This document shows positions 7,618 to 15,391 of a stretch of 16,175 bases of DNA, piece after piece (position 1 is the first letter of the stretch; the number at the start of each line of letters is the position of its first letter). Below the pieces are notes generated by a model. That model ran no database searches and had not been told where the DNA came from. It worked only from the letters and a program-made list of their open reading frames with translations. Both the position numbers and the translations under genes were made by a program. Source of the DNA: Candidatus Methylomirabilia bacterium (GTDB lineage: Bacteria > Methylomirabilota > Methylomirabilia > Rokubacteriales > CSP1-6); assembly GCA_041492755.1 (NCBI GenBank), contig JBGPXN010000097.1:1-16175 (forward strand), read 5' to 3'.

Positions 7618-7783
7618 GGGGAGGGCGCGACCAGCACCGGCGGGGTCGCGGCGCGCGGCGTGCCGCGCGAATGGACAATCGCCTCCTCGCAGCCTTGCCT
7701 GCTGGCGAAGATCTCCACCGTGCTCGACCCGGCGGTGATATCGTGGCCGGCCAATCACGACCACCAATGCCGGGAGGAACGCC

Positions 7784-8530
7784 ATGCCCGTCTTCAAGCG
7801 TCCTGATGCCGAGATCCACCACGAAGTCCACGGCTCCGGTTTTCCCCTGCTGATCTTCGCCCCCGGCGGCCTGCGCTCGGAGCTGGCGTTCTGGCGCCAC
7901 AGTCCGAGCAATCCCGCCGCCGCACCGCCATGGATGAATCCCATGATCGATCTCGCCGGCCGGTTCAGCGTGATCGGCATGGATCAGCGCAACGCGGGCA
8001 GCTCGCGCGGCAAGGTCACCGCGGCCGACGACTGGCGCACGTACGCCGGCGACCACCTGGCCCTGATGGACCATCTGGGCCATCGCCGCTTCCACGTCAT
8101 GGGCGGCTGCATCGGGGCCACCTTCTGCCTGACGCTGTGCGAGATGGCGCCCGAGCGGATCGCCGCCGCCGTGCTGCAGAACCCGATCGGCCTGCACGAG
8201 AATCGGGCGACCTGGGACGACGCGGTGAGCGGCTTCACCAAGACCATGCTCGCCCGCGATCCCACGCTGACCGAGGACGTCATCAAGAGCTTTGGCCGCA
8301 ACATGTTCGGCGGCGACTTCGTCTTCTCGGTGAGCCGCGAGTTCGTGAGCAAGTGCCGCACGCCGCTCCTGCTCCAGCCCGGGACGGACACGCCGCATCC
8401 GGCCGCGACGAGTGCCGAGATCGAACGTCTGGCACCCAACCTCGAGGTGCAGAAGGACTGGCGCGGCCCCACGCATCTGGCCGAATCGATCCGCTGCGTG
8501 ACCGACTTCCTGACCCGCCACACGCCATGA
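7784..8530 (+). CDS. Alpha/beta fold hydrolase with a Cys nucleophile elbow
   Basis: GGAGG RBS. GSGFPLL, MDQRNAGSS, HVMGGCIGA (GxCxG) and PGTDTPHP motifs. Confidence 0.9.
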   Translation: MPVFKRPDAEIHHEVHGSGFPLLIFAPGGLRSELAFWRHSPSNPAAAPPWMNPMIDLAGRFSVIGMDQRNAGSSRGKVTAADDWRTYAGDHLALMDHLGHRRFHVMGGCIGATFCLTLCEMAPERIAAAVLQNPIGLHENRATWDDAVSGFTKTMLARDPTLTEDVIKSFGRNMFGGDFVFSVSREFVSKCRTPLLLQPGTDTPHPAATSAEIERLAPNLEVQKDWRGPTHLAESIRCVTDFLTRHTP

Positions 8531-8560
8531 CCTGCCCCACGCGATGAGCCGCGAGACGCC

Positions 8561-9568
8561 ATGAACGACGCGCTGACCGGGCAGACCGTGGAGCTGCTGC
8601 AGCAGCTTATCCGCAACCAGTGCGTGAACGACGGCAGCGTCGGGTCCGGCCAGGAGGTGCGCACCAGCGACGTGCTGCGCGCCTACCTGGAAGGCAGCGG
8701 CCTCGACATCGAGGTGTACGAACCCGACGGCGCGCCCGGCCGCACGAGCCTCGTCGCCCGGATCGAGGGGACCGATCCCGCCGCGCCCACGCTCTGCCTC
8801 ATGGGCCACACCGACGTCGTGCCCGTGACTCCCACGCACTGGACGCGCGATCCGTTCGGCGGAGAGCTCGTCAACGGCGAGGTGTGGGGCCGCGGCGCGG
8901 TCGACATGCTGAACCTCACCGCCTCGCAAGCGGTCGCGCTCAAGGCGCTGGCCCGGCGGCCCGGCGGGTGGCGGCCGCGAGGCACGCTGGTCTATCTCGC
9001 CTGCGCCGACGAAGAGGCGGGCGGCGCACTCGGCGCCGGTCACGTGTGCAAGCAACACTGGGACGCGCTCCGCGCGGACTATCTGTTGACCGAGAATGGT
9101 GGCACCGTCAGTTCACACGGCGACGAGCTCAACGTCACCGTGCACGTCGGCGAGAAGGGTGTGGCCTGGCGCCGTCTGCGCGTGAAGGGCACGCCGGGAC
9201 ACGGCTCGATGCCGTACAAGGCGGACAACGCGCTCGTCAAAGCCGCGCACGTGGTGAGTCGCCTGGCGGACTATCGGCCCTCGCCGTACGTGGACGATCT
9301 GTGGGCTGCGTTCGTCGGCTCGCTCAGCCTCGATCCGGCCGTGAAGGCCGCCCTGCTCGATCCATCCCGCGTCGACGAGACGATCGCGAGCCTGCCGCCA
9401 GGCATGGCGAAGTTCGCGTGGTCGGCCACGCACACCACGTTCTCGCCGAACATGTGTCGCGGCGGCGTGAAGACCAACGTCATCCCCGACGTCGTCGACG
9501 TCGAGGTGGACATCCGCACCATTCCCGGCGACAACGGCCCGCTGATCCGCGCTCGCAAGCCGTCTTGA
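8561..9568 (+). pseudogene. M20/M25/M40 metallopeptidase (ArgE/DapE-like), C-terminally truncated
   Basis: GHTDVVP, WGRGAVDM, ADEEAGG, GTPGHGSMP and NVIPD...VDIRTIPGD. Similarity stops near 9532, inside the dimerisation domain; the C-terminal region with the last metal-binding His is absent. Confidence 0.8.
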
Positions 9569-9582
9569 GCGCGTCGGATCAT
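9535..9582 (-). pseudogene. tcmP: Probable N-terminal stub of three-Cys-motif partner protein
   Basis: ATG overlaps the DUF5131 stop (ATGA). MIRRAQDGLRARISGP resembles the DGLxxRxxGPW N-terminus recalled for TcmP. It ends exactly where M20 similarity ends on the opposite strand. Confidence 0.5.
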
Positions 9583-10322
9583 CCGAGAGTGGCCGCTGCC
9601 AGCGCGGGCGAGACCACCCGAGGCAACTCGTCCCACGTCCTGCCGTCCAGCACCCGCCCGCCCGCCTTGGGGGTCCGCCCACCCCACTGCTTGAAGAAGA
9701 ACGGGACCCGGGCGGCAACGCACTGGTCCCGGATGTCTCGGACCCAGGTGAGATCGACGGGCCGCCGGCCGCCTCCGCTCTCACCGCCCACGATCACCCA
9801 GTGAATGTCGACGAGCGGCAACCGCGGAATCGGCCCGAGCAAGGGCTCGACCGACAGAAAGCGCACCGCAGCCGGTACCTCTTGGAGGTGCGCGATCCGC
9901 GACGTATAGCGCGCGTTCTCGACGGATACCCCTTGCCAGACGTTCGGGCTCCAGGGAAGGTCGCGAGCCATCGCGGCGAGTCGAGCGCTGCGCTTGCTGA
10001 GGATCTGGAACACATGCCAGGGCGCCCTGGCCATGACGTCGAACACTTGGCGCAGGTACTCATCGGGGATGCCCTCGTGGAAGAGGTCGCTCATGCTGTT
10101 GACGAAGATCCGCCGCGGACGCCGCCACGAGAGCGGGAGGAACAATTGGTCAGGGTGCAGGGTCACGGCAAAACCTCGAGCGTACCGGCGGTTCCCCATT
10201 GCCCTGAGGCGGTGAGCCAAACGTTCGGCGTAGCAGTGCTTGCACCCCGGGCTGACCTTCGTGCAGCCGGTCACCGGGTTCCAGGTCGCGTCGGTCCACT
10301 CGATGCTGCTGTCGATACTCAC
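9579..10322 (-). CDS. DUF5131 / phage Gp37/Gp68 family radical-SAM-like protein
   Basis: Start reassigned to GTG 10322. SSIEWTDATWNPVTGCTKVSPGCKHCYA, IFVNSMSDLFH, FLSVEPLLG, WVIVGGESG and FFFKQWGG motifs. Confidence 0.95.
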   Translation of the reverse strand: MSIDSSIEWTDATWNPVTGCTKVSPGCKHCYAERLAHRLRAMGNRRYARGFAVTLHPDQLFLPLSWRRPRRIFVNSMSDLFHEGIPDEYLRQVFDVMARAPWHVFQILSKRSARLAAMARDLPWSPNVWQGVSVENARYTSRIAHLQEVPAAVRFLSVEPLLGPIPRLPLVDIHWVIVGGESGGGRRPVDLTWVRDIRDQCVAARVPFFFKQWGGRTPKAGGRVLDGRTWDELPRVVSPALAAATLG

Positions 10323-10555
10323 GTTGTCACTCCGCTGCCGAAGGATACTTCCTGCGAGCCAGAAGTTCGATGTCCTGGATTGGATGCACACCGAGCGGCT
10401 CCCGTGCCGTAACGGCTCAGCTACTGCCAGCCGACCGCACGTGACTTGCCTCGACGCCGTGTAGGCGGCACAATCGCGCGACCCGCCCGTTCCGGTAGCG
10501 ATCACGATGGCGACACCCCGGGACGCTGCGCGGGAAGCAGAGTCAGGAGGGCGAG

Positions 10556-11308
10556 ATGGATCTCGAGCTTCGTGGCCGTACCGCGGTGGTGACCGGATGT
10601 AGCGTGGGAATCGGGCGCGAGATCGCCCGCGTGCTCGCCGCCGAGGGCGTGCCGGCGCTGGTGATCGCGCGGCGCGGTGATTTGCTGAAGACGCTCCAGG
10701 ATGAAATCGAGATCGCAGGCGGGGTGCGTCCCCACGCGCTGGCGATCGATCTCGCCGACCGCGCGGCGCCCGCGCGGGTCCGCGACGAGGCCCTCGCGCG
10801 GCTCGGCCACGTGGGCATCCTCGTGAACAATGCCGGCGGCTCGAGGCCCACCGCGGTGGACGCCCCCGACAGCGTGTGGGACGAGTCGTTCGCCATCAAC
10901 TTCAACGCAGTCCGCAGACTGACCCAGGCGCTGCTGCCCGGCATGATCGAACGGCGCTGGGGCCGGATCATCAACGTCACCGGGTCGTCGGAGCCGGCGG
11001 GCACCAATGCGGCGAGCCCCGCCAAGGCTGCCGTGCACGTGTGGGCGAAGGGACTCTCCCGCGACGTGGGCCGCCACGGCATCACGGTGAACTGCCTGGC
11101 CCCCGGGCGGATCCACAGCGAGCAGATCGATCAGCGACTGCACCCGACGCCCGAGAGCCAGGAGCAGTTTGCCCGCCAGATCCCGCTGGGCTACTTCGGC
11201 GATCCCAGCGACATGGCGTATCTGGTGGCGTTCCTCTGCTCGCCCAAGGCGCGCTACATCACCGGCGAGCGCATTCACGTCGACGGCGGTCTCCGCCGGG
11301 CTTATTGA
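10556..11308 (+). CDS. SDR family oxidoreductase
   Basis: AGGAGG RBS. TGCSVGIG, LVNNAGG, GRIINV, GITVNCLAPG and YITGERIHVDGG motifs. Confidence 0.93.
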   Translation: MDLELRGRTAVVTGCSVGIGREIARVLAAEGVPALVIARRGDLLKTLQDEIEIAGGVRPHALAIDLADRAAPARVRDEALARLGHVGILVNNAGGSRPTAVDAPDSVWDESFAINFNAVRRLTQALLPGMIERRWGRIINVTGSSEPAGTNAASPAKAAVHVWAKGLSRDVGRHGITVNCLAPGRIHSEQIDQRLHPTPESQEQFARQIPLGYFGDPSDMAYLVAFLCSPKARYITGERIHVDGGLRRAY

Positions 11309-11314
11309 AATCAT

Positions 11315-11433
11315 GGGGGGGTCCCGATATGGCCTCCCAAACCTCCCAACGTTCGGAGCGCCCCGGAGAACCCGGGGCGCTCCTCGACCCCTCAACGCTC
11401 CGAGCCCGCCGGGGAACCCGGGGCGCTCCTCGA
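11315..11433. repeat. REP-like palindromic intergenic element with a tandem 41-bp duplication
   Basis: Units 11347-11387 and 11393-11433 are identical at 36/41 positions. The first holds a perfect 12-bp stem GGAGCGCCCCGG/CCGGGGCGCTCC with a 5-nt loop. It is preceded by a G7...CCTCCC imperfect hairpin. Confidence 0.8.
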
Positions 11434-11480
11434 ATGGACGGCATCGACGAGTTGCGTGCGCGCGACCTGGCTCGCACGCC

Positions 11481-11486
11481 TATAAT
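11481..11486 (+). promoter_or_regulatory. Candidate sigma70 -10 box
   Basis: Perfect TATAAT ending 34 bp before ATG 11520. No correctly spaced -35 seen. Confidence 0.4.
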
Positions 11487-11519
11487 TCGGCGCAGCTTGG
11501 GCAAGTGGGGGAGACGGCC

Positions 11520-12959
11520 ATGAGCGAAACGACGGCGAATCGGGTGTCCCGCCGGGAATTTCTTGGCTCCGGTGCCCTGGGAGTGGTGGTCAGCGCCGCG
11601 GCAGGCGCCGGGTTGGCGGGCTGCGCGACGGGCGCGGTGCCCGGCGGCGTGCCCGGGCAGCGCGTGCTGCTCAAAGGCGGCGTCGTGCTGACGATGGACC
11701 CGAAGCTCGGCGACTTCGACAAGGCGGACGTGCTGATCGAGGGAACGAAGATCGCCGCGGTCGGGCCGAATCTGCAGGCGGCGGCGAGCGAGGTCGACGC
11801 CTCGAGCATGATCGTGATGCCGGGCTTCGTCGATTCGCACCGCCACATCTGGCAGGGGCAGCTGCGTAATGTCCTGCCCAATGGGCGGCTCGACCCGGAT
11901 TATTTCCGCGACATCGGCGTCACCGCGCGGGGCGTGTACCGGCCCGAGGACGTGTACGCCGGGGATTTATTGAGCGCCTGGGGCGCGTTGAACTCGGGAA
12001 TCACCACGCTGCTCGACTGGTCGCACATCTCCAACACGCCCGAGCATTCCGACGCCGCGATCCAGGGCCTGCGGGAATCCGGTATCCGCGCCGTGTATGG
12101 TTACGGTACGGGGGCCGCGGGCCCGAGGAACCAGTATCCGGGCGACAGCAAGCGGCTGCGCCAGCAGTACTTCTCCACCGAGGACCAGCTCCTGACGCTT
12201 GCCCTGGCCACCGGACTCGATCCCGCGCATTGGGCAGCGGCGCGCGAGGTCGGCGCACCGATCACGCTGCACGCGAACGGCACCGGCCAGCTCCTGCCGC
12301 TCGCCAAGCTGATGGGGCCGCACGTCACCTACATCCACTGCTGCAACCTGTCGCCACAAGAGTGGAAGCTGATCGCCGACTCGGGTGGGGGCGTCTCGAT
12401 CGCCGCCCCCGTCGAGATGGAGATGGGGCACGGCGTGCCACCGTTCCAGCAGACGCTGGACCTCAAGATCCCGCTCTCGCTCAGCAACGACGTCGAGACC
12501 GAGGTGCCGTCCGAATTCTTCACCCAGATGCGCACCGCCTTCCTCTTGCAGCGCATGCTGATCTTCCAGCGCGAGCGCGCCGGCGAGAAGAACGTGCCGC
12601 CGCTCATGACCGTGAAGCAGGTGGTCGAGGTCGCCACCATGGGCGGCGCGAAGGTCAACCACCTCGAGCGCAAGGTCGGCTCGCTCACGCCCGGCAAGGA
12701 GGCCGACGTCATCATGTTGAAGGCGGACGCGATCAACGTCATGCCGCTCAACCACGCCTACGGCGCGATCGTGCTCGGCATGGACACGAGCAACGTGGAC
12801 ACGGTCTTCGTCGGCGGCAAGGTGCGGAAGTGGAAAGGCGAGCTCGTCGGCGTGAACGTCGCCGACTTGCGGCGGCGTGCCGAGCAGTCGCGCGACTGGC
12901 TGCTGGCGCAGGCGAAGTGGCCGAAGACCGTGCTCGGCGGGTATCTGCCGGGGCACTGA
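11520..12959 (+). CDS. Metal-dependent amidohydrolase (AtzA/SsnA/MTA-SAH deaminase-like) with a Tat signal and lipobox
   Basis: Start reassigned to ATG 11520 (GGGGAG RBS). SRREFL Tat motif, LAGC lipobox, PGFVDSHRH, YIHCC, LSNDVE and GSLTPGKEAD. Confidence 0.92.
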   Translation: MSETTANRVSRREFLGSGALGVVVSAAAGAGLAGCATGAVPGGVPGQRVLLKGGVVLTMDPKLGDFDKADVLIEGTKIAAVGPNLQAAASEVDASSMIVMPGFVDSHRHIWQGQLRNVLPNGRLDPDYFRDIGVTARGVYRPEDVYAGDLLSAWGALNSGITTLLDWSHISNTPEHSDAAIQGLRESGIRAVYGYGTGAAGPRNQYPGDSKRLRQQYFSTEDQLLTLALATGLDPAHWAAAREVGAPITLHANGTGQLLPLAKLMGPHVTYIHCCNLSPQEWKLIADSGGGVSIAAPVEMEMGHGVPPFQQTLDLKIPLSLSNDVETEVPSEFFTQMRTAFLLQRMLIFQRERAGEKNVPPLMTVKQVVEVATMGGAKVNHLERKVGSLTPGKEADVIMLKADAINVMPLNHAYGAIVLGMDTSNVDTVFVGGKVRKWKGELVGVNVADLRRRAEQSRDWLLAQAKWPKTVLGGYLPGH

Positions 12960-13004
12960 GAGCGCGGCCTGGATTCAGCCGAAGACATCGGACGGAGGAG
13001 ATCA

Positions 13005-13406
13005 GTGATGCCACCGACCTATCGATACGACCACATGCACGTGCGCAGCCGGGACGTGAAGAAGACGGCCGAGTACTACCACCAGATGTTCGACGCCGAG
13101 ATCGTGGAGTCCGTCCAGTCGGATGGCAAGCCACGCACCGATCTCGACCTGAACGGGCTGACGATCTTCATCGCCCCGGTGCCAGCGGATGCGACGACCC
13201 CGCCGGCGCCGACGGAGCCGTACGTCGGTCTCGACCATTTCGGGCTGCGCGTGGAGAACATGGACGAAGCCGTGGCCGAGCTCAAGCGTCGCGGGGCGGG
13301 CTTCACGATGGAGCCGCGCACCCTTCGTCCGGGCGTCAAGATCGCCTTTGTCCAGGCGCCCGACAACGTCCGGATCGAGCTGCTCGAGCGGAGCCGATCA
13401 GCATGA
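13005..13406 (+). CDS. VOC/glyoxalase family protein
   Basis: GGAGGAG RBS, start GTG 13005 or ATG 13008. YDHMH, GLDHFGLRV and APDNVRIELLE motifs. Confidence 0.92.
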   Translation: MMPPTYRYDHMHVRSRDVKKTAEYYHQMFDAEIVESVQSDGKPRTDLDLNGLTIFIAPVPADATTPPAPTEPYVGLDHFGLRVENMDEAVAELKRRGAGFTMEPRTLRPGVKIAFVQAPDNVRIELLERSRSA

Positions 13407-13750
13407 GCACCGTCGACTGGAGCTACCAGCGAAGCGGCTGAATGACCTGCGCCAAGACGCAAGGGTTCCTTGCGAAGCACAAGGTCGCTGTCACCGCCCA
13501 GACCGATGCAAAGAAAGCCACGATCAAGGGAGACGCCGCTCTCGGAGCGCTCAAGGACGTGGACGAAATCTATGTCGCCAAGGGCAAGCGAGTCGTGCAC
13601 GTCGATCTGAGGCGCGAGAAGCCGCCGCGGGCGGACCTGCTCGGCCTGTTGCTCGGGCCGACGGGCAATCTGCGCGCGCCCACGCTCAGGAAGGGTCGTA
13701 CACTGGTCGTCGGCTTCGATGAAGCCACGTACAAGCGCGTGCTCGGCTGA
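13403..13750 (+). CDS. ArsC/Spx-like thioredoxin-fold selenoprotein (UxxC), 115 aa, Sec codon at 13439-13441
   Basis: ATG 13403 overlaps the upstream stop. Reads MSTVDWSYQRSG-TGA-MTCAKTQGFL...LLGPTGNLRAPTLRKGRTLVVGFDE. The TGA occupies the first Cys position of CxxC and a hairpin follows. Confidence 0.85.
13444..13486 (+). promoter_or_regulatory. Candidate bacterial SECIS element
   Basis: Apical stem CGCAAGG(13458-64)/CCTTGCG(13468-74) with a GUU loop beginning 24 nt after the UGA. Basal stem GACCT(13444-48)/AGGTC(13482-86). Confidence 0.72.
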
Positions 13751-13807
13751 CGGTGGAATCGGCGAGGCACGCAGAATCGGCGAAGCAAGTAGAAAGGACG
13801 GCAGCCC

Positions 13808-14392
13808 ATGGCCAACAAGGGGTTCTCCCACTTCGGCCTGTCAACACTGAACCTCGACAAGACCCGCGACTTTTACGAGCACACGCTGGGGTTCAAGGCG
13901 GTCCGCTGCGACATCATCAAGGTCAAAGAGGGCGGGCAGATCCGCCACATCTTCTTCGACACCGGGCGCGATCAGCTCATCGCCTTCATGGAGGCGCGTG
14001 GGGTGCCAGGCGTGCCGGCGGACTATGACGCGGGGATCACCCGTGGGCTCGGGGTGCCGAGCGCGTTCTATCACTTTGCCTTCGAGGCGGGCTCGGAGGC
14101 GGGGCTCGAAGAGAAGCGCAACGAGCTGCTCGCCAAGGGCATCGAGGTGACGGAGGTGGTCGACCACGACTGGGCCAAGTCGATCTACTTCAAGGATCCC
14201 AACGGAATCCAGCTGGAGTACTGCTGCTTCACCCGTAACCTGAACGCGAACGATGCCCGGATGCAGGACCGTTTCGAGATCTCCGTCCGCCGGTTAGGGC
14301 TCGAGGATCCCAGCGCGCTGAAGCCGGCGGAGCGTGCGAATGGGGCGTCCGATATGAATGTCGACTTACTGGTGAAGACGCCGGGGGCCTAG
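13808..14392 (+). CDS. VOC/glyoxalase family protein
   Basis: AAGGA RBS. GFSHFGL..L..TRDFY, YHFAF and SIYFKDPNGIQLE motifs. Confidence 0.92.
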   Translation: MANKGFSHFGLSTLNLDKTRDFYEHTLGFKAVRCDIIKVKEGGQIRHIFFDTGRDQLIAFMEARGVPGVPADYDAGITRGLGVPSAFYHFAFEAGSEAGLEEKRNELLAKGIEVTEVVDHDWAKSIYFKDPNGIQLEYCCFTRNLNANDARMQDRFEISVRRLGLEDPSALKPAERANGASDMNVDLLVKTPGA

Positions 14393-14662
14393 CCGCCCCG
14401 AGGGATTCACATGGGTCGCGAGGATGGCCTTGGCCGGACTCCGCGCCTCATCGCTCCAGGAGAGCGTGTTTGTCCTGGGCGCCCGGGCGGCCCCGCTCAC
14501 CCCGTCCAGCCCCGACCAGCCGGAAGATCGGGTGGTCTCCGGTCAGGGGCAGGATCTCCTGTCGTGCGCCCCGGCGTGCCCGGATCGTCAGCCCCTGGGC
14601 GAGCACGCAGATCACGTGACGTGATGCACGCGGGGCGCTACTCGATGACCTGGTGATTGCCC

Positions 14663-15391
14663 TCAGTAGGCCCAGTCTGAGTGACCCAGCGGTGCAGCGT
14701 CGAGTTCTTGGCGGTACTGTCGCCACTGCGGCAGGTGCCGGTCCATCAGCGCGATGAAGCGGCCGTTGTGGTGGCGTTCAATGAGATGCACAAGCTCGTG
14801 GACGACGATGTATTCGAGGCACCGGACCGGCTTCTTGGCGAGCTCGAGGTTCAGCCAGATGCGGCGGGCGTCGACGCTGCACGCGCCCCACTTCGTCTTC
14901 ATTTTCTTGATTCCCCACGCGGCAGCTTGAACACCGAGGACCGCCTCCCACTTTACGAGCAGATGCGGAACCAGCTTGCGCAGGTGTTCGCGATACCAGC
15001 TCTGCAAGATTCGCTCGCGGCCTTTGGCGTCGGTATCGGGACGAACGTGCAATTCGAGAAAGGTCCGGCTTCTCAGCACGACGCGTCCAGGTCCTCGGTT
15101 CTCGACCACGCGCAGGCGGAACCGCCGCCCGAGGAAGTAATGGCTCTCGCCGCTGACCATCTGCCGTGCCGATTGTCGGGGCTGCGCAGCGAACTTCGCC
15201 TGCTGCTTCTTGATCCATCCCAGCTTCCCAACAACGGCCAAGCGGACCGCGTCATCGCGGACTCTGAAGGGTGCTGCTACGCGCACCCGCCCATTGGGCG
15301 GATACACGCCGAGGTGCAGGTTTTTGATGTCCTTGCGGATGATCTGGATCGCGAGGCCGCTCACCCAGATCGCGCAGGCTTCAGTACTCAT
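14663..15391 (-). CDS. M48/YgjP (DUF45)-family zinc-metalloprotease-like protein associated with type I R-M
   Basis: RKDIKNLHLGVYPP, SGESHYFLG, MKTKWGAC and EYIVVHELVHL..HHN (HExxH). Overlaps the hsdR stop by 11 bp. Confidence 0.93.
   Translation of the reverse strand: MSTEACAIWVSGLAIQIIRKDIKNLHLGVYPPNGRVRVAAPFRVRDDAVRLAVVGKLGWIKKQQAKFAAQPRQSARQMVSGESHYFLGRRFRLRVVENRGPGRVVLRSRTFLELHVRPDTDAKGRERILQSWYREHLRKLVPHLLVKWEAVLGVQAAAWGIKKMKTKWGACSVDARRIWLNLELAKKPVRCLEYIVVHELVHLIERHHNGRFIALMDRHLPQWRQYRQELDAAPLGHSDWAY

Noticed and set aside
9579..10322. Prophage call from the Gp37/Gp68 annotation
   Set aside because: No structural, replication or integrase genes are nearby, and the family is common outside phages.
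11347..11433. Mini-CRISPR or integron attC reading of the tandem palindromes
   Set aside because: The units are only 5 bp apart, so there is no spacer, and no RYYYAAC/GTTRRRY attC ends were seen.
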